Below are positions 1 through 14,842 of a stretch of 64,000 bases of DNA, one piece after another. Source of the DNA: Paragordius varius (lineage: Eukaryota > Animalia > Nematomorpha); contig OZ176053.1 in assembly GCA_964247055.1 (NCBI GenBank), positions 8,556,001 to 8,620,000 on the forward strand. The letters run 5' to 3'. Numbering within the stretch: the stretch's first letter is position 1; the number at the start of each line of letters is the position of its first letter. The position numbers were made by a program, and so were the translations under genes. A model generated the notes under the pieces. It saw nothing but the letters and a program-made list of their open reading frames with translations, ran no database searches and was not told the DNA's origin.

Positions 1-1609
1 ATAATTTATTTCCGACGAATAAGGCTGCCTGTCTTTGGGAGATTTAAACGAAAGTGAAATCAATGAATCATAAATTAGTTTATCCAATTCCAGTATGATG
101 GTGAGATGGTAAATTAAACGCCAAAATTTTAGCAAACCCTGCATGTCACATATCAATATTCACCCCGTTGATTTAACACTGTTTAATTAATTGTCTCATG
201 TTTATACAAAATAAAAGAAATAATCTAAATGTTTATCCTGTTTCACAGAAAAATAAAAGAATATAATTGTAAAGTGTGAATGGAATAATAGAGAAAATAT
301 TTGTAAAGATTACGGCAATCTATGCAAAAAGGATAATCTTTCGGGTACAAATTACAAATCATAAAAAAACATTTTGAGGGAGAAAAAAAATAATAATTCC
401 CAACATAAATTAAAAGTAAAATATATTGTAATAACCTATTTGGAAGTTGTCGTTTTTTTGTGTCATCGACAAAAATAAAGCTATAATAATTTTTATATGA
501 TATTCTCATTAAACTCCCAAACAATTAATATCATTAGAGGCAAAGAGAAATATAATATATAGCTAAAACTAACAAAAAAAATATGGGACAAAGTGATTAT
601 TGTGTAATATATATAGAAAGATCCATTCATTTACTAAAAAGTATAAAAATAGATGGAAAGACACATCCAGAGAATAAAGCAGAAAATCATCCCTTACCAA
701 ATTTAATAATGGCAGAAGAAAGTATAAAGGAACAGGATAACAGTTATAGCGTATAAACATCACATACATAGAGAGACTAAAAATCTCCGTTCTGCAATAA
801 TATTACATTCTTACATATAATGAACAAATATCTTAAGACTATCTGACTCTGTCTCTAATTGGCACAATATTGTTTGTTTTATGTAAGGACATACATATAC
901 AAATCTTCTTTGATCTTTCAAGACAAAATATATTAATGTATAATGATATAAGAGGATATGATGAAAATTGTTGACCCTATTTTAAAATTATGCTTAAAAT
1001 TAATTCTAAAAGCAAAAAACTATATTTTCACCGCTCACCTTATATAAATGTTAAAACAAAAAATACACCTTAAGAAGGCAAAATATGTCCTCATCTGTAC
1101 AATATCACAAATTGAAAAAATGTAGGATGATACAATTTTTTGTTGCTTTAAATTACTATATAATAGTTAGAAACCAGAACGAGAGAGATCACAATAGAGC
1201 AAGGACTCTGGAACTTAGAATAGATCCGCAATGATATTGCGTATTATTTTATTTTAATATATAAATTCTACTGTCCCTAAAGTAAAAAATAAACTAAAAT
1301 TAATAAAATAATAATATTCCTTCCTAATAATACAACATATAATGTATATTAATTCTTTAAATTTGTATAACACATCATCATATCCTATGATGCCTGCATG
1401 TTTGGTTAAGTTTTAGTTTTCCAAATATAAAATTTGTCCCATCATTAGACATCTATCATGAGTTTAGAGCAGTTTAAGCTGTAGGATGAATGTTAAAGAA
1501 TTTCCCCGTATTATATCTATTGATTATTTTCAAGAGTTATTCATTATTCCCAATATTACAAAAGAGGATCTACATGGGAAAAAACTGGACAAAACAACCG
1601 TGTACTGTA

Positions 1610-1654
<45 letters not shown>

Positions 1655-2572
1655 TATTCAAAAGTTTGGTTAACATTACATCATCATCATATATCTTTTT
1701 TATACTTACTCATTTATACGGGATGTAGCTCTTGTAAAATTAATATTACATGTAAAAAATAATTGTATATATATATTTGTAGTGTAATTAAAAATATATA
1801 GTATATATATATATATATACCCTGTCAAATATTGTTTTGTTAAAAAAAATAACCATATATAGTGTATATATTTTTTCACATCAACATACTATTGACATGG
1901 CTTAATATTTGTTGTTAAAGCCGCGTACAAAAAAAACAACGTTTTTACTATACGGACATGAGAATTTTGTCAGAGATGGCCTTATATTACAGCAATAAAG
2001 AGTATTCTTTCACAATAAAAGATTATTTTAATCATGGTTAAAGTTTTATAATAAAATATTTTTTTAATCATTCACTATTTGTTTTATCCAAACTTATATT
2101 ATGTTAAACCATAGATCCTATGATTGTTACTTCATGGTGTAAAATAGAATATTTTTAACGCTAAAATAAACTGAAAAGACGGCTACTAAATTGATGGGAA
2201 TTGTGATGATATTTGATTCCTAATATTTGTGGTAACAAAAAAATTATTAACAGTCACATTTTATTTGATGCTAATATAACATAAAATAAATCCACTAATG
2301 GACAAATTTAAACCTTTTCGAGCACCACCATTCAAAATTTTAAATTTAGGCTAATTCAATGTTCTAAAACCAATTCTGAAAGTTCTGATCCCCCAATCAG
2401 AATTTCGAGATATTACGGGTTTTTCAAATGTTCAAAAACAAGAGAAAAAAGACAGATCAAATTAAATTTTATAATAATAAGTAATAAAGCGTTTTAAACT
2501 GCATCTTTTTAATATAAATAAGTCATTTAAATATTAGGGAGAAAAAAATTGTACGGGTATAAACACTAAAAT

Positions 2573-2623
2573 TTAGGGTTTTTTAAAAGCTAATTTTACA
2601 TACACACACACACGCACACACCT

Positions 2624-2654
<31 letters not shown>

Positions 2655-2830
2655 GATATTTTGTGGTTTAAATCATATGCTTTCAGATAAGGTACAGTTA
2701 TTTTGTTAGTTTGGGTATTTCTAGGAGTTATGAGTGTTTTTCTATTCGGGGAATTCTTGAATAACAATCTAATTATTTCTCGTGGGTGTTCTTTATTTTC
2801 CATTGGATGCGGTATATTATGAGTTTCAGA
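2573..2830 (-). pseudogene. possible Penelope-like element fragment (RT to GIY-YIG linker)
   Basis: HPREII...KITVPYLKAY..NHKI resembles the YP..FI...LPY linker of Penelope-like elements. Short, and ends in a microsatellite. Confidence 0.3.
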
Positions 2831-5800
2831 TATAGGATCTTAAGGATACATTAAATTTTAAATCCATATGAAAAAAAAGAATATGAAGATGATTTAAAAG
2901 CAATAGAGGATTTATGTTGTGTCATGAAAAAATTAATACAGTTTCGTAGACTTAGGATTTTAGTATTGATAGCAGCGTAATCAAGTGATTATAATGCTTT
3001 TATTTCAACATGGCAATTAACTTATCATATATATATATATAGTGTAACCATACCAAATCACAGAAACACATCTATTCGAAGATACTCTCAAACTCTTTTA
3101 TTTTCAGAAAAAATATAAGTTATTTTATATAATAACATTTATTTTTCAATATAAATCGATATAAAAAATTTAAAAAATTGAATATTTATTTATTTTATGA
3201 ATTTAAAATAATTTATATAGCATTAAAATTGCATGTTCTAAAATTATAATAAAAATTCTGCCTTATTATCTCACTTGTAACGACTTGTTGGTTGCATATA
3301 TTTAAACATAAATGCACGAGGAATAATTGTTTTTTTAAATCAATACATAAACAAACAAATCCAAAAAAATCCTGTCAGCGCCCTCAAATATTTTCGTTTT
3401 GGCCTTTCCATAGCATTAATTAACAGAAAATGCAAAAATGGACTGGTGCGAACCCTTGTTGACTAGTCTTATTATTAAAAGTAAATTAATAACCACAATT
3501 ATCAAAAAAATTTCAGATATAAAATTATCATAATTTTAAAGATGTATTTTTCTCTAAAACTTGAAACAAAACTATTTTAAAGTTATTTTAAATAATTTTT
3601 CGATAAAAAAAGAAAAATATTAAATAAATTATATATGTCTATAAATTAACATAAATTAAGAATATTTATAGAAATTCTAGAATTTTTAAGTGAGCCTTAT
3701 CTTTTACTGTCCATAGATATAGATGTATATATTTATATTAATGATAATTTTAATAGAGACTTCTTCTTTATAATTAAAAATAATATTTTAAATATATGTA
3801 ATTAAATATTTTTATATAAAATCATTGATTGTTAGTATGAACACCAAATTATGAAAATCAAAAATATGGTGTTTAGATATGTTTCAATATCTATTTATAT
3901 CAATAAATATTTTCCATTTTTGCCTACTGCTGTCAAAATACTTGATGTGTATAGATGGCTATAACAAAATAGTTGTTAAAATAAACTTTTTATGGGCTAA
4001 TGTTAATAAAAATGGTTTTGTTTTCTTTTATAAAATGTGAAACCATTGACCAAAAATAAAGTTGCTCTAATAAAAATATTTTACTGTATATATCAATATT
4101 CAGTCTTTTTTATTATTGTTTCCATGTTTGATATATATATCTTATCTTTTATTAACAAACTTAATTAATCCATATTGCAAAATCAGAAATAAAATTATAA
4201 GCGATGAATTGTATATCATGCGGCAATTCTCAAACCCATATATTTTTACCAAATTCTATGGATCTTAATAATCAGGAGCCTACGCTTGTAAAAAATGGAT
4301 TATTATAAAACCGTATTTGATAGACCGGAATCGATAACTTTCCAAAATAAAAAGTTTTTATACGCATTAAAGGACTATTAAGGAGTTTGTGTTACTTTTA
4401 TATATTTAAGACTTCATAATCTTTTGGAGGAATTGACTATCTTAGATCAATTTTGATTTCTATTGGGCCAATTTAAAAATATGCGACTAATATAAAATCT
4501 TCATCGCTAATTTCTGCCGCCAAATATCTCATTAGAAAGAGAAAACCGGGATTCAAACTAGATCGTTGGAGCCGCCAGACCAAAAATATGATTTTTAAAG
4601 TTTGTAAATGAAAATAATTACCAATGCTGTTTTAATAAAGCTCTAGATTTGCATATTGCACTATAATTGACAATTAAATTATTTGACATGATGGTACTTT
4701 GAAATGGAAAAATATTATAATTTTTTTTGAAAATAACGGCTAAATATTTAGGCTAAAATATTTTTGCTCCATTTAAATGTATACCTATGATTTTGTATAT
4801 AAAAATTACGATACCAATGTGCAAAATTTAGTGCAGTTGTACTCAAACCACGGCTAACGGGCCACATACGACCCTTAAAGTGCTTTTTTATGGCCAGAAT
4901 CATTTATTAAATTTTTTGATGTACTTATTTTGAATATAATTATCTGCAAATCTGTCAAAAAGCTGTGAAAAATTTATCGATATTAAATGGTGCACGGCCC
5001 TTGAGATAAGAAAAATGTTTTTTTCGGCTTTTTAAATTTTATGATAGGTACCACGAAAAGTTTCAAAATGGATTTATTAAAATTCCTAAAATAAATTTTT
5101 GGAATATAAAAATGTGATTTTTGCCCTTTTAGTTGTCTTTTGTAAACAAATAATAAATATTTGTTTAACCAATTAATTAAGTTACAGATTCACAGTTAAT
5201 TAAAAACAGCTGACTATTAAAAGTAGTTTGTTATATGAATAATTCAAAATATTACCATTGCTATCAAAACTTCTTTTAATAGTTCTGATATTTTATATAT
5301 TAAAACTCGATATGGTTTCAGAATAAATTATATTATTTGCATGTAAAAAAATTTGATCATGTAATTGTTTCCAGCAAATTAAATACTGTTAATAACGGTT
5401 TAGTGTAGCCTTCAAATTTTTTCCTGCTATATCCAATTTTGGATTTACTTATTTTTTTGGTAAGTTGTGAATAAAAGTTTATTAAAGCTAAGATGTAATA
5501 TTAATTAATCCATAACTGTGGAAAAATTAATTGTGTCTATAACATACATATTTTAATATATGTAAAAAAGCTGAGGAGACTAATATATTACAAGGAAGGA
5601 TTTCCTCAGATCTGGTCAGTCAATGTAAAATCTTAATATTTTATCTATCCAACAAATGTTTTATATATTTCTTTGTTTAGATAATTTAATTAAAGAGGAT
5701 GTACTTATTTAACACATATGCAATTATCATATTATCATTTTATATCGTTGTTATTGATTTTTTAAGCATAATATAGGTTTGGCAAAAATTAACGGAATAT

Positions 5801-7512
5801 CAATGTTTATATTAGGGAGTAAAAAAAACTTAATATTATAATTTTTGGCTTAGGCATGAGAAGAGGTCATGATCCATTAAAACACCGTAATTAAAAGATT
5901 TTAACAAAAAAATAATTATATATTTTAATAAATAATCTTTTTCATCCATGGTGGATTTTTTATTCAAAATTTAATAATTATATTATATCAACTCCTATAA
6001 AATAATCAGGGATAGGAAACCATAGGCTTGGGTTCCGGCATCGCTTATTTGTAAAATAATTTAAGTTTCGGTTGGATGATTTTGAAATTTTAGAGATTTC
6101 CTTATTTTTTTGGTTAAATGTCAAAAGATAATCACATCATGTATATTATATTTCACATAATATTGGGTACTTTTCCATGAATATAAAAAAATACTTTTAA
6201 CCGTTAGGAACCCAAGGCAAATTTGTTTTTTTACACTTTTAGCTGAACATATAATTTTTATATATTATTCTTCCGCTAGTCAAAAATTGTGACAGCTCCA
6301 AACCATCGAAAACGAAAGCACTTTAAATTGGTTTAGAAAATATAGCTATAATATAGTAGGGTTGTGTTCAGATGGGTTTTTTATGCACAAAAATGAAGTT
6401 TTGTCACCAACAAAAATGTAATCATGTGGGATAAGTAACATTTTCTGATATTCCAAATAGGTAAAGCAAAATATTAAAAAAAGTTTCAAACCGTTTCCGT
6501 TCATAAATAGTTTTTAAAGAATCTTTTGGTTTCGGTTATGGTCTGACAAGTTCCGTCAGTCTATCCACCTCCACAAAAATTTTAAAATTAATATATTATC
6601 TATTTTAGTAACAATGTTCAAATTGTCAAAAAAATTGGGACGACATCCGTTACTTAAAAAATATTTAATACAACTTATATGATATTAATACTTTCCTTCA
6701 GCTTCATAACTTTATTGCGTTTGCTTATAATTCTGAATCAAATAATAATGAAAATATATAACAGCAATAACGGAACGCATTGGCTTATAATAATAAAATA
6801 TAGTTGCAAAATATTGTGGCATCTTTTTTTAAATCTATTTTACTATACCAATAAAGATAGGCCGGATATCCATATATATATATATATATATATATATTTC
6901 TCATAAATCATCATCAAACAAAAATAATGAAAAGTGTTAAAAATAATTGGTTTTTAATTTGGCGATCTAATACTTTGACCTATTATTCTGTCATATAATA
7001 CTAGTGACTTAACGTAGAGATATATAAAAAAACATTATTAAAATATATATCTTTTTGTAATTTTTCCATACCTCGATATAATCCAATCACCAAGAAAGTA
7101 ATTCAATAAATAGATTGGATTAAAAAAAATTAACAGACAATAAATCTAAAAAGACAAATAAATTTCACACATTTGTTTTCCCATCATAAATAATATATAA
7201 TAATTTCAAACTTTTATCATATACGTGATTTAATATAAAAGCTATAAAAATGGTTCTATGTTTCGAAAAATGGCTATGTATAAAACATCTCAAACTCGCT
7301 GATTGAACTTCGATATCCGCCATTAAAATCAAATTTATTTTAATATTAAACTTTACTTTTAGACAAGAAATAATTTTGGTACATGCATCCGAAATTAGTT
7401 ATATGAATTTTTCTTGATTAAAAATACCCTAGATATTTAGTTATAAAACAAGTTATTAGTGACTCATGTAAGGGATGTTTATTTGCAAAAGAATATATTG
7501 CTAGTTCATTTT

Positions 7513-8093
7513 TTAACACTTCGATTCAAATTGGGGTATCTAAATACCCCAGACTAAATTTGAGTTAGGATTTTCAATAAACTACTGAAGGAAACGGTCC
7601 CAATTTATAAATTTATGCTTCTATCCTAATAAAAAATATATAAATATGGCAAAATATCTAAATAAAATTTTGTTTTGAAAAAAAAAGTTCCAGGTCAAAC
7701 TACTTCGACGCCATTTTTATTTTACATTTTTGCAAAATATCGTCTTCATTTAATTTTAAGGGTAAAATTAAAGCTAATTTTTGTTTTTAAATTACATCTA
7801 ACATTGATAGAAATAGAAAAAGCGGTTTATTTTGTATTTTTCAGTTTTACCATTGCACACATGTCACGTTGACTAAATTTTTACCTTTCGGTTTTAGCTT
7901 AAAATAAGTAATATCAAGTATTTTTGAATAAATTTTTTTATATACTTCGGTTAATTAATGTTATATTAATGCAAAATTTTGCCATGGTTTCAATTTCTTC
8001 AATATTTTTAAAAAATTTTAACAGGCCTGGGGTATTTAACAACCCCAATTTGAATCAAAGGACTAAAATGAATGTGTTGTATCCAAGTGTTAA
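7513..8093. mobile_element. TTAA-flanked non-autonomous DNA element (piggyBac-like MITE), copy 1
   Basis: TTAA|CACTTCGAT at 7513 and ATCCAAGTG|TTAA at 8081-8093 form terminal inverted repeats. The interior is homologous to 14843-15356. Confidence 0.75.
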
Positions 8094-8418
8094 TTTAATT
8101 TTCATAATCTTATATTATATATATTTTTCTTGACTAATCTCCAGATGATGCCTATGGCGAAAATTTGAGAATTAATAATTTATATTTATTTTTACGTTAT
8201 TATACGACGATTTTAACATCATTTACATTTCAAACCCTCGTCGTTACACACGCAAATTATAAGTTTTAAATAAATAAGCCCCTTTTTGTGAAATATATGT
8301 ATGTGAGAGACCGTATAAAAAATCGTAATAATCATATTGTATTTGGAATTTTTTTAAGTCGTAGATAAAAAACGAGTAAATAACAGCAAATGGTACAAAA
8401 AACCTTAGCTTTTTAGAA

Positions 8419-8676
8419 CAGATATGTCGAACACCCGGCCCGCGAGACGCATGCGACCCTCCAAAATATTTCCGCAGTTTGAGAGACACAATATTATACG
8501 TAAGCTAAATAGAATTGATTTTCTTAACCGATTATGTTTTTCCAAATTTTGGCATGGACCTGCAAATATTGCTATAAAAGGTTTTTACAGTATAATGTTT
8601 AAAATCTAATAAAAAATTTGATATTGCCCATATATTTTGCTACGGCCCGCAAAGCCATTTATTTTTGACATCCCGG
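8419..8676. mobile_element. hAT/Charlie-type MITE
   Basis: Ends CAGATATGTCGAAC / TTTGACATCCCGG, internal GGCCCGCG motifs, and near-identical 8-bp flanks TTTTAGAA / TTTAAGAA. Confidence 0.7.
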
Positions 8677-8868
8677 TTTAAGAATTTAGAGACGCCATCA
8701 AGAGAAGAATCAAAATCAAAAAATAAATGATTTATGGCAAAAAAAACAATTAAAAATTGAAAATGAATTAAAAGCACACTGCTTACTGTCAACTGATTCT
8801 ACCAATATAAATGATGTTATTGAATTATTAAAAGATATCAGATGATTGTATAAGTATGTTAATATATA

Positions 8869-9990
8869 TAGAGTGACCAGACGTCCCGCTTTTTTAACAT
8901 TTGCCCCGCGTGCTACTTTTTCATAAGTCCCGACTTTTGGAATCCAAATAAATTTTATAAACTCATTGATTTACGCTTTTTATGTTCGTACTGCTAATTG
9001 AACAGTCAGATCAAGTCTGCTACTTTCGCTTACCATATAAAATTATAATAAACTAATTTATTTATGATATAATTATTTTAGATTTTTAACAAAATGAGTA
9101 GAAAAGAGGATGTAAACTCACCGAGGAGTTATTAAGAGCTGAATTTCCTTTTATTAAAAAATTCAAAAAGGACTACATAGTTAAATGCCAAACATGCAAC
9201 TGCGAATTCAGTATTTTGCAAGACGGAAAGAATGATATATTAAGCATTTAGAGCAGAAACATAAAAGACGTTAAACCGTCAGGATATCATGAACCATATA
9301 AAAAGGTGTTATACCAATTGCAAAGATTATTTAGAAGACTGGACGGTACAATTCAATGATATTGATCCTTTTTATTGTTACATTAAAACCAGAATATACT
9401 TGGTACGATGTTCAAAAATCCTTTGTATATTTATCTAAAATTCTTAAATAGTAATATTCCTGAAAATGATCTTTTTAATGAAGTATCATTGGTTAAAAAA
9501 TATATTGATAAAGAAAAGCTCAAATATTGGGCATCAGAAAAAATAACAGTAGAGGACAAATGGTTGGAAATATTTCATCATTTTGAAACAAACTACGTTC
9601 CTAACAATAAAGTTTCAAAATATGTGGAATCAGCACTCTCTTAACCCGGAACTAACGCTGCGACTGAACGCGTTTTTTCTACAATAAATCAAGGGTAGAC
9701 ATCCGAAAAATCAAAATAAATGTTGAAACTCTGAAAGCCATTTTATTGTCATATATAATTTAATAAATTCTTGTGAAGATTTTTATATAATATATTAAAA
9801 AATGATAACAACTCAAACAAATTTACTCAAATAACAAATATATTGAGGAATAAAATATTATACATTTTTTAATACTTACTAATTGTATTAATTTAAAAAT
9901 AAAATTTTATGATATTATTTTTTGTTAGAAAATATTTGATAGTAACTCCCTTCGTTCAGAGTCCTGCTTTTTTCATTTAAAAATGTGCCT
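8869..9990 (+). mobile_element. internally deleted hAT transposon (transposase pseudogene)
   Basis: Left end TAGAGTGACCAGACGTCCCG. N-terminal Zn-finger remnant CQTCNCEFSI..GKNDI.KHL at approx 9090-9265. hAT C-terminal dimerisation motif PGTNAATERVFS...ETLKAIL at approx 9645-9780. Multiple stops and frameshifts. Confidence 0.85.
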
Positions 9991-11159
9991 ATGTATGTAA
10001 CGTAAGCGCACAAAATGCTAAAACGGAAAATCGCGATTGTAAGAAAATAGGTCACATATAAGACATGGTTTTCTTATGATTAAAACAAGGTCAGTTTTAA
10101 TTATATTTTTTTCATAAATAGCTATAATTTTAAAAAAATTTGAAATATAATAAGTTTAAGTATTGAAAAGTAATCATAAAATAAGTTTTTATACAATAAA
10201 AAGCAATAAATGTAGGGTACAAATAACTGTGTTGAAATGTGATAGAAAATTAAATAAGTCCTAACTTTGGGTGTTCAACTGTTAAAATATAAAATTCTTT
10301 TTAAATTAATATTTACACCATTTATTTTTAATAATTTTTAGTATAATAATGGTTATATTATGGTTTTGTGGCCTTTTTAGATAATTTAATGATTATAAAT
10401 TAACCTTTTCCAATTATTTATTATTGCATGACTTATAGAGAAAATACAACAGAACTAAGGCGGGTTAAAACACATATATAATATTAATTGAAAAAAGGCT
10501 TATGTTTCTTACGTTAAATTTATCAAAAATTAAGCGTTTTTATTAATTGGAAAAACGTTTCTAGACTGGGAATTATAATAGTGTTAAATTGTAATTAACA
10601 TATTAAAGAAAAAAATTTCTCCTAACATTTTTATTTTTAGTTTTTTTGAGAACTTTTAATGACATTCATATTAATTACATTTTATTTAAAATATTTTAAA
10701 AGTTTTCAATATTAGAGGAACAAACATAGAAAAGTGACATCTATTTATAAGGTTGGCAACAAGATATATATAGGTTTATAATTGATATAATTAATATTTT
10801 AAATGCTAAATGTGGATTATAAAGCCAAACGGGACCAGGGTTTTGTAACATTTCATGACTTTTTTGATTCTTTGTACGCGATGACATATTGGGTAGTTTT
10901 ATATCCCACAGCTATGTCTTGTCAATAAACTACTCTTTTAAAAGTTATTTTTATTTAAATTAATTAATAAATTCTCTTCTTTAGATAAAAAGTTTATATT
11001 TTTTACAGTTTTGTAACTTTTAGAGTCTAAAATTGGGACAGCTCCAAAGCATGATTCTCCTTAACAGCTGATTAATCAATAAACATGTTTTTGCTGGTTA
11101 AATGAAATTTTAAAAAGCTTCTAAAATTTATTATTTACATTTTCTTTTTATAAAAAATT

Positions 11160-11345
11160 TATAAAGTGATAAAATGGCGACGAAAAAGTTTTGAGGTTTT
11201 TTTACAATTATAAATTTTTTTGTATTATGCGCCTAAAAGGCTAAAGAAAGCATCTTTTTAAATTTAGCCTGATTACTTTTAAGATATTCAAATTTCAAAT
11301 CTCTCTGGGGTATAAAACTACCCCAAAAGGTCAAGAATTATTAAT
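11160..11345 (+). repeat. dispersed repeat family (further copies at approx 30915-31080, 62040-62220, partial 63950-64000)
   Basis: Shared AAAATGGC...TTTGAG...TTTTGTATTATGC.CCTAAAAG.C.A.AGAA..CAT block; the GATATTCAAATTT...ATAAAACTAC.CCAAAAG block is shared by the 11.2 kb and 62 kb copies. Confidence 0.7.
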
Positions 11346-11932
11346 TTAATTATTTAAAAATTTGGCTATTAATCTAGGCATAACCTACCATGTTAATTCA
11401 GCAAAAAATAATATAATATAATATCTCAAACCGAATTAAAAAATTACATTTGTATATAAATTGATTGCATCAAAGTCATATATTGGTTAGGAAGAACTTT
11501 TAAATGGTTTATAGCGAAAAAAAATTTATGTAGCAAATATGATTTAAGCTTATTCATGCTTAACACTAACACATATGTCAATGATTTAGTCCTTGGTTAC
11601 AAATTGAGTTAATTGAGTAGTTTGTATTTTGACTTTTCAAAATACGGAATCAAAAAACAAAGCCAATATTTATATTATACTATAAATAAAATGAATGAAC
11701 ATAAAAAAACATATATTTAATAATCAATCACTTGATATTTCATATTTTATAGTTTGATTGGAACTCTTTTATCACATATAATATTAGGTTTATCCTATTT
11801 AGCCGGAGAAAAACTAAAATAATTTACTAGAAGTTTTCTATAAAAAAATGGGGTGAAATAGTTCGACATGAAAGTTGTTTAAAAACTAAATTTTGTTTTT
11901 CATATTGATGCATATATAATTAAGTTAGTCGG

Positions 11933-12191
11933 CATATGGCTATCAACACAAATGGTTTCGCGGGCCGCATATATGGCATTAATGAATACTTTATAGATAT
12001 TAAACACAAGACAATAAAAAATGCAAAAAAGAATTTATTTCACCATTTTTTTGGTTCAGTATCAATTTAAAGGGCTTGATAATAAACATCAATTTTACAA
12101 GATTTTGTGAGCATGTTATAGCAAATTGTTTTCCAATTTTTTCGCACAGCCACACATTATATTTTTAGGGACCGTATGTTAAACACCCCTG
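11933..12191. mobile_element. hAT-type MITE, same family as 21126
   Basis: CAACACAAATGGTTTCGCGGGCCGCAT matches the 21126 copy; right end GTTAAACACCCCTG. Confidence 0.6.
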
Positions 12192-12212
12192 TTCTAAAAG
12201 CTTCCATATTTT

Positions 12213-13452
12213 TATTAGTTACCATACAATCTTTGTTCAAAGGTGTTCTCGCTGGTAGAACATTAAAACAATTTAGATAACAATAATGTTTACATATATT
12301 TATGCATTTCTTTTACTAAGTGAAACCGATTTCTAACCAATAATATGGCTCTTTACTGTTAAGTTATTATAAAACTTTATTTAAAACTTACCTAGAGCGG
12401 ATGTATTAACTCTAATATTGCCGGGGTGACGAATTTGAATGGAATATAAGAATAAATCCACCAAAATGGTCCATACAAAATATCTTGGAAAAATTATCAA
12501 TTTTACACAAATAAAATTACCGGTCATATATTTCATGTACAACCATTGAATTCGATATTTCCCTGATAAATATAAATTTTAAATGTTTTAATATTTAAGC
12601 GCACCTGGTAATGTATTCAATATACTATTTTATATGAAACACATTATTTCTACAGTATATTTAAATTTTTATTCTCATGCACAAATTTAATTGTTTAATT
12701 TTTTACTAAGGAATCAGTAATATAAGAATAAGTTATTTTTATTCAAATTTTAGTATTGAATTTGTTTTTGGTACATTCTTTAAATACTGTATTATCCGTC
12801 TGGTGATAGAAATTTAATTTATATTTTATTAATTAAAATTGAGATTTAAAGCCTATAATAAAAGTTATATTTAATATAATAAAAGCATATTCTTTTGGTT
12901 GTAATGTATAATATTTCAAATAGTGTTTAGAAAATTTGCATACTGGCATATATAATCAAATAATGGATGGTCCTTCTAAGATCAATGGTTAACCAAGAGG
13001 GTTTAAGGACACATTGGCCTACTCGAAATATAAATCAATATAAATAATTTATATTTATTTTTAAATAAAATTCGTTAATGGTTAGTATATATAATTTACG
13101 AGCAAATTACAGTATTTATAACATAATAAATACACGAATTCGAGCCTGTTTGTTGGTTTTATAATCTAATATACTAAATATAGTTATCGCAACTCGGCAT
13201 TTGTGCGCTTAAATAGCTTATTATAGAAGGGCCGAAAAATTTATACATCAGAGTCCACATCTAAAAATTATAAAATATTATTTTGCATAATTTAGTATAT
13301 AATGTATATTTGTGATAAATTTTGAAATAAATAATTTAGCTTCTTTCACCAAAGATTTTTTATTTCGGATAATGTGGGCAAATTTTGTGATTTTTCGATA
13401 TGGAATAGCACAAAGTGATACCAACTTTCTTAAATCATTAGTAAGGTCAAAA
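12213..13452 (-). CDS. orphan multi-micro-exon gene (partial; 5' and 3' ends unresolved)
   Basis: Consecutive GT-AG junctions keep one frame open: exons 12975-12944, 12799-12775, 12624-12605, 12562-12521, 12483-12392 and three more down to about 12213 give KDHPLFDYICQRIIQYLKNYIEYITREISNSMVVHEIYDRYFVWTILVDLFLYSIQIRHPGNIRVNTSALVKSHIIVKEMHKYIENTFEQRLY. Upstream exons at about 13452-13350 and 13260-13135 are less certain. Confidence 0.6.
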
Positions 13453-13489
13453 CTAAAAACACCATAGTGAATCTGGTAGATTTTTCTTC

Positions 13490-13534
<45 letters not shown>

Positions 13535-14842
13535 GATTTTATTTGTTTGCCTTGTTTACTTTGATCTATTTGCTGTTATCTTAGCCTAAATGGCAATATA
13601 AAAACATTCCTGCTGAGTCCGATGAGGGTAGAATAAGGAGGAGAATTATGGCTACATTATAACTTACACTGCATAAATCGGAGGGTACAAAAAACTCTCG
13701 ATAAAATACTTATATTCTGATAGGAAATGTATCAGAATTACCATGGTGCTTTTGGTTTTAGCTTGTATGAGTAATTTAAGAAAGTATTTTATATTTTGGT
13801 AACTACTACATATCAGAAAATGGCATTTGCGCACATTTTGTTAATATTTGGGACGAAAACTTAAAGCTTTGTTCCAAAAAATATCACTAATATATATCAT
13901 AAACTATATATAAAAAGCAATAATAATATTATGAAATTATAAATTTTAGATGTAGCATCCGAAAGTCCAAAATTTTTGGATCCATCTATTATGTGCAAGT
14001 TCTCTTAAAATGCAAAAATGCTGATATTGCGAAATAAAATTTTACGCTAAATTTTGATATTAATAAAAGTTTTTTCCGAAAAAAGGATTTTTGATCTCTT
14101 CCCTCCAACGTCCAATCAATCCAACGCCAAATCTAAAATCAAAGATAAAATATAAAAATACAGGATAAGGTTTGTATATTAAAAAACATATCTCACCCAA
14201 TATATTATTTATTAGTATTATTTTTTAGCTTTAAATATAGTGTATAATTATCTAAATAATTAAAAAAGTTATTACTTTCGCCACTGGCTTCCCCACCTCT
14301 CAGCATTTTTCCAGCTTTTTCGTGTCAAAATAAAGAATCTCCTAAAACAGTTTGCGTTATTTTAAAAAAATCATATTGATAACCATAAAATTAAAAAATA
14401 AAATCATCTTAAGCCTTGAATTTTTATTTTAAAATTGTCCAAAATTAAAATGATATATTCAATGCACAAGCTCGAAAATTTTTTTTAATATAATTATTGT
14501 TGACTGAATAATATACGATTTTAATAGATACACAAACTTTGATAGATGGAATGGGGAATCTGAGAAAATATCTCATCCAAAGCCATATATGTGAAACATA
14601 GCATGTTGTTGGCAATTAACATTGTTGGGTTGAAAATAATGTAGTGTCTTACATCCAAATTGTGTTCATAAATAAGTAAGATGGGAATAAATGTTTAATT
14701 TCAATCATTTTTTGTTTTCACCCATACGCTACTGTAATTGTTGGTCAAAAATAATGTGGATTGGTCAACATAATAAGCATATTCTAAATAACAAAAACAA
14801 ATAAACCAAGCGGTTAATTTATCAATAGTTTTGCCACAATCT

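Noticed and set aside
1486-1762. ORF-track hits containing YIYIYI (also 6679-6906 and 37340-37534)
   Set aside because: Artefacts of (TA)n microsatellites and homopolymer runs.
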